Of a stretch of 46,145 nt of DNA, positions 8,628 to 18,302 are shown in pieces. Position 1 is the stretch's first letter. Every line of letters begins with the position of its first letter. This DNA comes from an uncultured Lachnobacterium sp. (GTDB taxonomy: Bacteria; Bacillota; Clostridia; Lachnospirales; Lachnospiraceae), in contig CAZVOY010000001.1 of assembly GCA_964628865.1 (NCBI GenBank), forward strand, positions 1 to 46,145. The letters are read 5' to 3'. The translations under genes were made by a program, and so were the position numbers. The notes under the pieces are model-generated. The model ran no database searches. It was given only the letters and a program-made list of their open reading frames with translations, and was not told the DNA's origin.

Positions 8628-10469
8628 CTATTCTCTAACTGGTTTTACATACAAATTTTCTAATACTTCTTCTCTTGGTAGAAATGGCCCCAAATCTTCC
8701 AATGGAGGACTTACTAATGTACCATCTTCCAATCTCTTTGTTGCGCTCTTTGGCTCAAAGAGTTGTTCTGTTGAAACGAATACCTCACAGAATACTGGAC
8801 CATCAGTTGCTAATGCTTTGTCTACCATTTCTTCCATTTCTTCATTACTATGAGCTGCAAAGTATGGATAACCAAAGGCTGTAGCCAGTTTGTCGAAATC
8901 TGGGAATGACAAATCCCCACTTTCTGGTCCAATACCTACTTTACAATGATCTTTGAACAAATTATTTTGTGTTTGCCTAATTGAATGATATCCCTGGTTG
9001 TTGATCAGGAATATCTTTATAGGAAGTTTATTTGTGATTACCGTCTGTAATTCCTGTAAATTCATCATAATACTTCCGTCACCTTCGATACAAATTGTCA
9101 TCTGATTATTAAATGCTCGACATGCACCGATTGCTGCTGGTAAACCATATCCCATGCTAGCAACACCACTATTGATTAAAAATCTTGCATCTTTTTTTAT
9201 CACATAGTTATGGCTACCCACTACACATGCACTACCATTAGACACAACTGTAAGATTTCCATCTGGAAGATTCTGACTTAAATATTTTACAAACGCATAT
9301 ACATTTGCGTATTTACCATCTTCTTCCCAGTGTTTTGGTAATGTAACAGGATATTTCTCTTTCCATTCGTTACATTTTTCGATCCACCATGTATCCTTAA
9401 ATACTGGCAAATCATTACTTTCTAATTGTTTATTTATCGCATTGAAGAAATCCTTTGCATCTGCGCATATAGGAGTTTCTACATGAATCGTGGTTTTCTT
9501 TAATTCCGCTGGGTCTACATCTACCATAATAACGTGTGCTTCTCTAGCCCATGTTTTCCAATTATATCCAACCTGTCTGATAGAGAGTCTATTTCCTACT
9601 GCCAAAATAACATCTGCATTCTGTACTGCAAAGTTACCAGCTCTATCACCCATGATACCGCCGCGACCCACATACAATGGATTTTCATCTTCAATCGCAT
9701 CAATAGAATCCCAGCACGTTGCAACTGGAATCCCTAAATATTCAACTGTTTTTCTGAACTCTTCATATCCTTCTGATAAACGAATACCATTTCCCGCATA
9801 AAGCACTGGACGTTTAGCAGTCCGAATCTTTTCAATTACATCTGCTACTGTTTCTTCTGAAACAGATATTGGCATTTTTGCCTCATCTTCAACGGGATTA
9901 TATCCTATTAAATCGTCCGTTTCGATATATCCACCTTGAAAGTTTACAGGAATATCAACCCAACATGGCCCTCTTCTACCTGTAGTAGCCAAGTGATATG
10001 CCTTCTCCAATGCATAACGAATCTGATTTGGCTCCTCAATCATAGTAGAATATTTACAAAGATACTCTACGGATTTTACGATATCATATTCCTGATCACC
10101 TACCGCGCGAAGTGGCAATCCATCTGTAAACTGCTCCATGTATCTTGCTGTTGTGTCATAACGCACCTGTCCTGAAATAACTAACATCGGTACAGAATCT
10201 AACCAGCCTCCCAGCACACCTGTAATGGCGTTTGTTCCACCGGGTCCAGTAGTTACACAAAGTGCCGCAATCTTGTTATTTACTCTGGCATATGCTTCTG
10301 CCGCAATAGCACAAGCCTGTTCATGATGATTGTACGTACACAACAAACCTTCTTTGTGTCCCAATGCATCATTAAGATGCATTGCGCCACCACCAGTTAC
10401 CATAAAACAATCTTTAATTTCATGTTCCACTAAAAAGTTCGCCACGTAATCCGCTAAACGAATTTTCAT
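8628..10469 (-). CDS. ThDP-dependent acetolactate-synthase-like carboligase, YerE-like (branched-chain sugar synthesis)
   Basis: HHEQA, TTGPGGTNA, SMGYGLPAAIG and the GDG...NN ThDP-binding motif. It is embedded after rfbFGH. Confidence 0.85.
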   Translation of the reverse strand: MKIRLADYVANFLVEHEIKDCFMVTGGGAMHLNDALGHKEGLLCTYNHHEQACAIAAEAYARVNNKIAALCVTTGPGGTNAITGVLGGWLDSVPMLVISGQVRYDTTARYMEQFTDGLPLRAVGDQEYDIVKSVEYLCKYSTMIEEPNQIRYALEKAYHLATTGRRGPCWVDIPVNFQGGYIETDDLIGYNPVEDEAKMPISVSEETVADVIEKIRTAKRPVLYAGNGIRLSEGYEEFRKTVEYLGIPVATCWDSIDAIEDENPLYVGRGGIMGDRAGNFAVQNADVILAVGNRLSIRQVGYNWKTWAREAHVIMVDVDPAELKKTTIHVETPICADAKDFFNAINKQLESNDLPVFKDTWWIEKCNEWKEKYPVTLPKHWEEDGKYANVYAFVKYLSQNLPDGNLTVVSNGSACVVGSHNYVIKKDARFLINSGVASMGYGLPAAIGACRAFNNQMTICIEGDGSIMMNLQELQTVITNKLPIKIFLINNQGYHSIRQTQNNLFKDHCKVGIGPESGDLSFPDFDKLATAFGYPYFAAHSNEEMEEMVDKALATDGPVFCEVFVSTEQLFEPKSATKRLEDGTLVSPPLEDLGPFLPREEVLENLYVKPVRE

Positions 10470-10489
10470 AATATGATTCTCCTGTGTAA

Positions 10490-11833
10490 TTACTGATTTA
10501 CAGCTTCAATAATTACCTGAGCCATATAATCAATCTTTTCATCTGTCATTCCTGGGTATACACCTACCCAGAAGGTATTATTCATGATATAGTCTGTTAC
10601 TGTTAAATCACCAGCTACTCTGTACGCATCTGTTCCACGAATCTGGTCAAAACATGGATGTTTGATTAAGTTACCACTAAATAACAATCTAGTTTGTACA
10701 TTGTGGTCTTCAATGTATTTAGTAACTTTATTTCTATCTAAGCCACTGCCTTCCTTAACACTGATAAGAAATCCAAACCATGATGGTTCACTTCCTTCTG
10801 CTGGTTCTGGCAAAATAAGTTTGTCTGCAACTGGTTCAAGAGCTTTACGAAGTCTGTCCCAGTTATAGCGTCTACGTTCGATAAACGAAGGGAATTTCTT
10901 TAACTGTTCTACACCAACAGCTGCCTGTAAGTCTGTAACTTTAAGGTTATATCCAAAATGACTATATACATATTTGTGGTCATAGCCCGCTGGGAGCTCA
11001 CCATACTGAGCATCGAAACGATGATTACAGAAGTTATCCTGACCAGAAGGACAGATACAATCACGTCCCCAGTCTCTGAAAGATAAGATTAATCTGTGTA
11101 ACTGTGGGTTATTTGTATAAACAGCACCACCCTCACCCATGGTCATATGATGTGGTGGATAGAAACTGCTTGTTCCAATATCTCCCCATGTGCCTGTAAA
11201 TCTTGTTTCGCCATTGATTGTATATTTTGAACCGAGAGCATCACAGTTATCTTCTACAAGCCATAAATTGTGCTTATCACAAAATGCTTTTACTTCTTTT
11301 AAATCAAATGGATTTCCAAGAGTATGTGCAATCATAACAGCCTTTGTCTTGTCAGAAAGAGCTGCTTCTAATTTTGTAACATCAATGTTGTACTGTGGAA
11401 TAGATGCATCCACAAATACTGGAACTGCGCCATACTGAAGCATTGGTGTAACTGTTGTAGGGAATCCACATGCTACAGTAATAACTTCATCACCTCGTTT
11501 AATCTGTCTGTCACCTAATTCTGGTGCAGTTAAAGTCATAAATGCAATCAAGTTTGCTGATGAGCCACTATTTACCAAATGAGCAAATTTTACACCAATC
11601 CATTCCGCAAATTCTTTTTCAAACTGATCTGAGAAACGACCTGTTGTTAACCAGAAATCAAGCACTGCATCTGTGAGTGTACACATTTCTTTTTCATCAT
11701 ATACACGCGATGCATAACTGATTCTATCACCTGGTTCAAATGCTTTTGTTTCTTTTTTAAACTGATTATAATACTCAGCTACCATGCCTTTAATCTGTTC
11801 TCTTGCTTCTGCTTCGTTTGTCCAATTTGCCAT
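10490..11833 (-). CDS. rfbH: CDP-4-keto-6-deoxyglucose 3-dehydrase (E1, DdhC)
   Basis: VNSGSSANL, EDNCDALG, SFYPPHHMTMGEGG (His in place of the aminotransferase Lys), Fe-S motif RDWGRDCICPSGQDNFC and YDHKY. Confidence 0.95.
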   Translation of the reverse strand: MANWTNEAEAREQIKGMVAEYYNQFKKETKAFEPGDRISYASRVYDEKEMCTLTDAVLDFWLTTGRFSDQFEKEFAEWIGVKFAHLVNSGSSANLIAFMTLTAPELGDRQIKRGDEVITVACGFPTTVTPMLQYGAVPVFVDASIPQYNIDVTKLEAALSDKTKAVMIAHTLGNPFDLKEVKAFCDKHNLWLVEDNCDALGSKYTINGETRFTGTWGDIGTSSFYPPHHMTMGEGGAVYTNNPQLHRLILSFRDWGRDCICPSGQDNFCNHRFDAQYGELPAGYDHKYVYSHFGYNLKVTDLQAAVGVEQLKKFPSFIERRRYNWDRLRKALEPVADKLILPEPAEGSEPSWFGFLISVKEGSGLDRNKVTKYIEDHNVQTRLLFSGNLIKHPCFDQIRGTDAYRVAGDLTVTDYIMNNTFWVGVYPGMTDEKIDYMAQVIIEAVNQ

Positions 11834-11837
11834 TTTC

Positions 11838-12896
11838 TTACACTCCTTCGTTAAAGAATTCTTTTATTTGTTCATCCATACATTTTGGAATATCGCCATT
11901 TTCAAAATAAACCTTTGACCATTCTACAGTCTTTTCGATAGCCTCTTCTACATGCCATCTTGGAGCCCATCCAAAAACACTCTTCACTTTTGAACAATCT
12001 AATTTAAGGAAGTTTGCTTCGTGAGGACCTCCGTCATGTTTATTAATCCATGTCAATCCTTTGCCCCACTTTTCACAGAACAAATCAACAAGTTCTCCTG
12101 TAGTTACACAGTCACAATCATCTGGACCTACATTGTAAAACCCTGCATATTTTTTATCCTCATACTGTCTCTGGGCAATCATAAGATACATAGCCAGTGG
12201 TTCTAACACATGCTGATATGGTCTAGTAGAATGTGGATTTCTTACAATAATATCTTGTCTTTCTCCAGCAGCTCTTACACAGTCCGGAATGATACGATCA
12301 TTTGAGAAATCCCCTCCACCAATGACGTTACCCGCTCTAGCAGTAGACACCGCTACGTCCATATCAAAATAAAATGAATTAATATAGCTGTGAGTTACTA
12401 ACTCAGAACAAGATTTACTATTAGAATAAGGATCATATCCGTCTAATGGTTCATTTTCACGATATCCCCATTCCCATTCATTGTTCTTGTAAACCTTATC
12501 AGTAGTAACATTCAAAAAAGATTTTACACATGGGTTTAAACGAACCGCTTCACAAATATTAACCGAACCCATAACGTTTGTTTCGTATGTGTATACTGGA
12601 TCCTTGTAGGAATCACGTACAATAGGCTGTGCAGCCAAGTGTAACACGATTTCTGGCTGAACTTCTTTAAAAACTTTTAAAAGTTTTTCTCTATCACGAA
12701 TATCTCCAATAATAGAATTCATTTTATCTTCTATATCACATAATGAGAATAAATTAGGATTTGTAGGTGATTCTAATGAATACCCTGTCACATCCGCTCC
12801 AGCATTAATTAACATTCTACACAACCAAGAACCCTTGAATCCTGTATGCCCTGATACTAATACTTTTTTTCCTGCATAAAATGATAACGTACTCAT
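11838..12896 (-). CDS. rfbG: CDP-glucose 4,6-dehydratase
   Basis: GHTGFKGSWL, HLAAQPIVR, TTDKVY, DPYSNSK, RAGNVIGGGD and HEANFLKLD motifs. Confidence 0.96.
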   Translation of the reverse strand: MSTLSFYAGKKVLVSGHTGFKGSWLCRMLINAGADVTGYSLESPTNPNLFSLCDIEDKMNSIIGDIRDREKLLKVFKEVQPEIVLHLAAQPIVRDSYKDPVYTYETNVMGSVNICEAVRLNPCVKSFLNVTTDKVYKNNEWEWGYRENEPLDGYDPYSNSKSCSELVTHSYINSFYFDMDVAVSTARAGNVIGGGDFSNDRIIPDCVRAAGERQDIIVRNPHSTRPYQHVLEPLAMYLMIAQRQYEDKKYAGFYNVGPDDCDCVTTGELVDLFCEKWGKGLTWINKHDGGPHEANFLKLDCSKVKSVFGWAPRWHVEEAIEKTVEWSKVYFENGDIPKCMDEQIKEFFNEGV

Positions 12897-12909
12897 TTTT
12901 CCTCCTTAA

Positions 12910-13692
12910 CTAGTCTTCCCATTTTTTCCATGGTGCAGTATTTGTTTTTAAATATTTTTCCAGCATGTCCATTTCACGTTTATTATCCATACACTGCCAG
13001 AACCCTTTATGTGTATATGACATTAACTCGCCTTCTTTTGCCAACTGTTCTAATGGATACTTTTCAAATACTGTATCATCACCTTCAATATAATCAAAAA
13101 TCTCTGGATTTAAAACCATATATCCCGCATTAATTGAAGCGCCATCTGACTTGCGCTTTTCTCTAAATGATTTAACTGCATTATCTCCATCAATATCTAG
13201 TACACCTTTTTCTTGTTCTAGGGTAACCGCAGTAAGTGTGGCTATTTTACCATGTTCGTCATGAAAATTAACTAATTCCCTGATATCTACATCACACACA
13301 CCATCACCATACGTCATCATAAATGGCTCATTCCCAATATATTTTTGAACTCTCTTGATTCTTCCACCCGTCATGGTATTTAAACCTGTATCCACTACAG
13401 TTACTTTCCATGGTTCACAATACTGCTTGTGAATAATCATTTCTTCTTTTCCTGTTGTGTAATCAAATGTAATATCACTGTTATGTAAAAAATAGTCCGC
13501 AAACCATTCTTTGATTACATGTTGCTTATATCCTGCACAAATAATAAACTCATTAAACCCATAATAAGAGTACTCTTTCATAATATGCCAAAGAATAGGC
13601 TTCCCACCAATTTCTATCATTGGTTTTGGTTTAAACTGACTTTCTTCACTTATTCTTGTTCCAAATCCACCTGCAAGTAATACTACTTTCAT
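12910..13692 (-). CDS. rfbF: Glucose-1-phosphate cytidylyltransferase
   Basis: LAGGFGTRISEES..KPKPMIEIG, TMTGGR, TYGDG and GFWQCMD motifs. The start was set after GGAGG. Confidence 0.96.
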   Translation of the reverse strand: MKVVLLAGGFGTRISEESQFKPKPMIEIGGKPILWHIMKEYSYYGFNEFIICAGYKQHVIKEWFADYFLHNSDITFDYTTGKEEMIIHKQYCEPWKVTVVDTGLNTMTGGRIKRVQKYIGNEPFMMTYGDGVCDVDIRELVNFHDEHGKIATLTAVTLEQEKGVLDIDGDNAVKSFREKRKSDGASINAGYMVLNPEIFDYIEGDDTVFEKYPLEQLAKEGELMSYTHKGFWQCMDNKREMDMLEKYLKTNTAPWKKWED

Positions 13693-13723
13693 TTTTCCTC
13701 CATTTATATACATTCATCATTAA

Positions 13724-15112
13724 TTAATTTGAATTATGCCAAACACTTAGATTATATTTTTTCATAATTTCCGCTGTTTTTCGAACATTATCTGGTGCTG
13801 TTTGGAAAATACTCAATTGTTCATCGGTAACCTCATCAATATTAATTAATAGGTTTTCCATCCCTTGATTATATATTTTCCGATATGGCGCAATTTCCAT
13901 TTCAACTGAATTTGACCACATCATCATTCCTAGTACTCCTACTATTGCACACACAGATATTCCTTTTACAATTTTTTTCATATCTATACTTATTAGACAA
14001 TTCCAATATATCTGCATCAAACCAACAAGTCCAATAGTTGTCTCTACTACATAACGTGAAGATGTTACTGACCCCAATCCAAAAGTATATATTCTACCAT
14101 ATTCGATAACTAGAATACTTACAAAAGCATACACCAAACATGCTAGGGGAAAATAAGTTTTTTTATACATTTTTGTCCTGAAGAATAGATACACCGAAAA
14201 ACAAGCTAAACTCAGAATAACAATTCCTGCACTATAGGTATTTTGCATATTCAAACTTTGTTTTGTCTGTGGAATAATTGTACTTCCCAACATCAATATT
14301 AGCCCTTTAATAAAATCGATTATACGTTGTGAAATATCCACACTTTCTCCCGTACCTGCAGTACCTTTATCGAGAGTAACATAATATATTAAAGCTCCAC
14401 TTAACATACTAATAAACACTGCACTGTAGTACTTAATATACTCTTTATTTCTTTTTATAATATAATCTACAACAACTATGAAGCATACCGCAGCAACAAA
14501 CCCCGGAAAATATGCCTGACTTACAAAAAGAATTGTTACTATACTAAATATCCCATAAACAATTACTCTGCGCCATTGTCCTTCTTCATTGCCTTCCACA
14601 AACAACTTATCTAAATAATTCAACAACAAAACATATAACAATATCCTTAACATAAAAACCACAGAGCAATATAGTGTTAGAATTTCCCACTGATTTAAAT
14701 TTATCATTGGAATAACACATACTATTGCACCACAAAATGTAAGCAAACTGCTTTTAGTAGCAATCTTCTTATGATATATCACCAAAATAACTGCTATTGT
14801 AATAGACAAAAAGAAGGCACCTGCAAACACATACGCAAGATTATCACAGTAAAAAAATCGTACAAAAACATAATTTAACACCTTGTATACGGGATTCCAG
14901 TGAAGTGCATGCGGAATTGGAAAAACTTCACTCCACACAAGTCCTTTTGTCATAATAATCTCTAAATTGGCGCCACCTGCAATCCAATAATCCATTAATG
15001 GTATGCTGCCTGCAGCAAGATTCAAATAATTTAATATATATCCACTTAATACACAAAAAATCAATATATAGCCAATATTCATCATCTTATTTTTATTAAT
15101 ACTTTTTTTCAT
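13724..15112 (-). CDS. Polytopic membrane protein, probable GT-C (lipid-phosphate-sugar-dependent) glycosyltransferase
   Basis: About 11 TM segments, an acidic motif PLMDYW in the loop after TM1, NQWE and SSRY motifs. It is in the same cassette as a GtrB-like GT2. A Wzy role is not excluded. Confidence 0.55.
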   Translation of the reverse strand: MKKSINKNKMMNIGYILIFCVLSGYILNYLNLAAGSIPLMDYWIAGGANLEIIMTKGLVWSEVFPIPHALHWNPVYKVLNYVFVRFFYCDNLAYVFAGAFFLSITIAVILVIYHKKIATKSSLLTFCGAIVCVIPMINLNQWEILTLYCSVVFMLRILLYVLLLNYLDKLFVEGNEEGQWRRVIVYGIFSIVTILFVSQAYFPGFVAAVCFIVVVDYIIKRNKEYIKYYSAVFISMLSGALIYYVTLDKGTAGTGESVDISQRIIDFIKGLILMLGSTIIPQTKQSLNMQNTYSAGIVILSLACFSVYLFFRTKMYKKTYFPLACLVYAFVSILVIEYGRIYTFGLGSVTSSRYVVETTIGLVGLMQIYWNCLISIDMKKIVKGISVCAIVGVLGMMMWSNSVEMEIAPYRKIYNQGMENLLINIDEVTDEQLSIFQTAPDNVRKTAEIMKKYNLSVWHNSN

Positions 15113-15166
15113 AAACTTAGACTATCACTTTCTATTTTATTTTTGTTTGTACAAAGATAATTTACC

Positions 15167-18100
15167 TTAATTCGTCGAAATCGACCTCACAATCTTCTCC
15201 GCAGCATTTTCGCTAAAATACTGTTGGATATAATCTACTGTCTTCTTAGACATTTCGTCTAACACATCATAGTTTTCATACAAATCAATGATGTTCTTCG
15301 CCATCTCATCTGCTTCGTCACAAATCACCATAACTCTTTCTGCTTCTGGCATACCCTCTGCACCGATAGATGTCGTAATGAGTGGAATCTGATAGTACAT
15401 TGCTTCTACTACCTTTCCTTTCATTCCTGCGCCGTAGCGAAGTGGTACGACAGACATTCTTGTATTGTGATAGAAGTTTTCGAGTTCTTCATCCGATACA
15501 AAACCATGTACGATGATATTTTCTGATGCTAAATCGAGCACTTCCTGTGTTGGCTTAGAACCGATGACGTTTAACTTGATATCTGGATATTTTTCTAATA
15601 CCTGTGGAAATACATTTTCCACAAACCAGCAAACCGCATCTGCGTTTGGTTTATGTGCAAAGCCACCTACAAACATCAAATCCTTTTTCTCTTTTGTAGA
15701 TAACTTTACATCTGCTTTATGTGGCTCTTCATACATGTAAACTGGAATCGCTCTTGCCTTGTCCTTAAATTCTGGACGATTTTTCACGATTTCATTGATT
15801 TCCACATACGATGGATAGAAGATGACATCTGCTTTTTCCATAATGTCATATTCTATCTTTTTCCAGTATTTTGCACTGTCTAAAAGTTCTTCGTTCTTTG
15901 TGATTTCATATTCACGCATTTCACGAATGTGATGCAAATCATGTCCATAGTAAATGATTTTTGCATTTGTCTTTTCTTTTAACAAATCGATGTATTTCAT
16001 TGTAATATGAGGACGATTTGCAAATACGACATCAATATCTTTTGCGTGTTCTTCAATCCAAGTCTGCCAGTTTAAATAGTACCAATCTCCGTACAACACT
16101 TCGATTCCCATTTGCTGTAATGCAGATGTATATGGTTCATGTGGATAGAAATTATCCCCAATGAACTTCACGTTGTATCCCATGTGCTGGAATACTTTGA
16201 TGTATGAAAATGTAGATCTAGAGCCAGCATCCTGATCAAAGTGTGGTACATAATGATCAATAAACAATACTGTCTTTTTATTCTGTCCTCGTTCTCTAGC
16301 TACAAACAATTCCTCTGGGGATGGAGACTGAAGCTTTAATTCATCTTTCCATTTTTCCAGAAATTTTTCTTTGTTAATCTTTTGATATGCTTTTAATCCA
16401 GAGCCATTCTCATCTGTTCCATTTGATACACCTTCGAAGTGAATCACTACAGATTTTGGCTGATATACGACTCTATAGCCTAATTTTCGAATCGAAAACG
16501 CTAAATCAGTATCTTCATAATACGCTGGAATAAACTGTTCATCAAATCCTCCCAGCTGATTCCATAAACTTTTACGAACCATGATAGATGCACCTGAGAT
16601 GTAATCCACATCTTTTACATAGTTGTATTCTGCCATGTCAGGATTCTGATTACGTCCATAATTCCAGCCAGAACCATCACTAAATACGATGCCGCCAGCT
16701 TCCTGTAAGATACCTTCCTGATATACTAACTTCGAACCAACCATACCAATCGTATCATCAGATTCGATTAATTCCACTAAGCTTTCTAACCAGTCTTCTT
16801 TTACTAATGTATCGTTGTTTAAGAATATGATATACTGTCCCTCTGCCAACTTTGCAGCTCTATTACAGTTCATCAAGAAGCCATGGTCTGTGGTATTGAT
16901 ATTTACCTTTACATTCTTTACGATCTTTTTAATCTTTTTCGTTGCATCTGTAGACATATCATCGCCGACGATAATCTCATACGATACATTCTTTACGTTT
17001 TCGATGATTGATTTAATACAGCCATACGTGTATTCGAACTCATTATATACAGGAATCACGATAGAAACCTTTGGACTATCAAACTTAGGGATTTCTATTT
17101 TCTTTGTATATACAGCAGGTGTAATAATCTTACGAACTGCTGGTTTTACTTTTCTCCAAACCTTACCACCAATACGGCGCATGATACGATACAAACGGCG
17201 GATAGGATGTTTTTTATAATAGCGAATCCGGTCGAGTTCTATTCTGCGTTCTTCACTAATGCGCTCAAGCAAGTCGATATATTCCTGTTTTGCAACACTA
17301 TCTTTTTTGACCATCTTGATTTCACTCTCGCACATTTCGATACGATCCTGTGCTTTTGAGAGACTTGCATCTTTACGCTCAATTTCTTCCTGTGCGTTCA
17401 TGAAATCTTGCTTTACACTTGCCAACTCATTTTCTAAATCTTTTTCCCTTGAAGAATAATGCTTAATTGCATCCCCAAGTTCTCCAATATGCTTGTCTAA
17501 GTTTTTAATATGAGAATTTTTGTTTTCCACATCATCTTGAAGTTCAAAAATTCTAGCCATATTATTTCTGTATGTCACATCATGCTTCAGATAAACTGAC
17601 TGGATTTCAATATTTTCTACTGCTTCATTACTAGCAACCGCGATAAAATACTTTCCATCGGATACATAAGAATCTTTATTCTTTTTGTATAAAGCCTTGT
17701 TGTCTGTATTATCATTGCTATCAATAAAACTTGCTACTTCTAAATACTGGTTAAACAACTTCACATGAGCAAATTTTTCAGACAGTAATCCCAAGAATTC
17801 ATCTTTATACATTTCATGTACATGAAATTCATTGTCGTAATTAAAGAAATCAGAATAAATTGCTTTATTTGGTGAAGAAATAATGAATACGCCGTCTTTC
17901 TTTAAGACTCTAGATACTTCACTTATAAATTTCACCTGCAAATCAGCATCTACATGTTCAATTGTTTCAAAAGATACAAACACTTCTACCGTATCATCTT
18001 CTAAAGGCAAATTCGAGATATCTCCAATTCGATATGTTACATTGTCCGTAGCATAACTTTCTGTAGCACGTTTTACAGCTTCTTCTGAAATATCAAACCC

Positions 18101-18292
18101 CGTGACCTGTTTTGCCACACTACCAATAATAGATGTACCATATCCTTCACCACATGCCGCATCTACTACTACTTTTCCTTTTACAAGTTCTTTGATTGAC
18201 TCGTATCTCTGATAGTGTTCAATTGTTATTTCATCATCATCAATCCCTGGTACAAAACGTTCCCCAGTAAAAAGCTCTTCTTCTTTACGCAT
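15167..18292 (-). CDS. Multidomain SAM methyltransferase - coiled coil - GT2 - GT4 glycan polymerase/terminator (WsaE/WbdD-like)
   Basis: Methyltransferase motifs FTGERFVP, EHYQRY, DAACGEGYG and SFETIEHV. Heptad-rich region ~17230-17560. GT2 motifs VSIVIPVYN, FLNNDT and YYEDTDL. GT4 motifs FVGGFAHKPN and PLRYGAGMKGKVVEAM. Start set after AGGAG (alternative 18310). Confidence 0.9.
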   Translation of the reverse strand: MRKEEELFTGERFVPGIDDDEITIEHYQRYESIKELVKGKVVVDAACGEGYGTSIIGSVAKQVTGFDISEEAVKRATESYATDNVTYRIGDISNLPLEDDTVEVFVSFETIEHVDADLQVKFISEVSRVLKKDGVFIISSPNKAIYSDFFNYDNEFHVHEMYKDEFLGLLSEKFAHVKLFNQYLEVASFIDSNDNTDNKALYKKNKDSYVSDGKYFIAVASNEAVENIEIQSVYLKHDVTYRNNMARIFELQDDVENKNSHIKNLDKHIGELGDAIKHYSSREKDLENELASVKQDFMNAQEEIERKDASLSKAQDRIEMCESEIKMVKKDSVAKQEYIDLLERISEERRIELDRIRYYKKHPIRRLYRIMRRIGGKVWRKVKPAVRKIITPAVYTKKIEIPKFDSPKVSIVIPVYNEFEYTYGCIKSIIENVKNVSYEIIVGDDMSTDATKKIKKIVKNVKVNINTTDHGFLMNCNRAAKLAEGQYIIFLNNDTLVKEDWLESLVELIESDDTIGMVGSKLVYQEGILQEAGGIVFSDGSGWNYGRNQNPDMAEYNYVKDVDYISGASIMVRKSLWNQLGGFDEQFIPAYYEDTDLAFSIRKLGYRVVYQPKSVVIHFEGVSNGTDENGSGLKAYQKINKEKFLEKWKDELKLQSPSPEELFVARERGQNKKTVLFIDHYVPHFDQDAGSRSTFSYIKVFQHMGYNVKFIGDNFYPHEPYTSALQQMGIEVLYGDWYYLNWQTWIEEHAKDIDVVFANRPHITMKYIDLLKEKTNAKIIYYGHDLHHIREMREYEITKNEELLDSAKYWKKIEYDIMEKADVIFYPSYVEINEIVKNRPEFKDKARAIPVYMYEEPHKADVKLSTKEKKDLMFVGGFAHKPNADAVCWFVENVFPQVLEKYPDIKLNVIGSKPTQEVLDLASENIIVHGFVSDEELENFYHNTRMSVVPLRYGAGMKGKVVEAMYYQIPLITTSIGAEGMPEAERVMVICDEADEMAKNIIDLYENYDVLDEMSKKTVDYIQQYFSENAAEKIVRSISTN

Positions 18293-18302
18293 TTTAGATC
18301 TC

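Noticed and set aside
8628..10469. Acetolactate synthase (ilvB) linked to the nearby leuA
   Set aside because: There is no small subunit or ilvC/ilvD; the gene is embedded between rfbH and an SDR, which fits YerE-like sugar chemistry.
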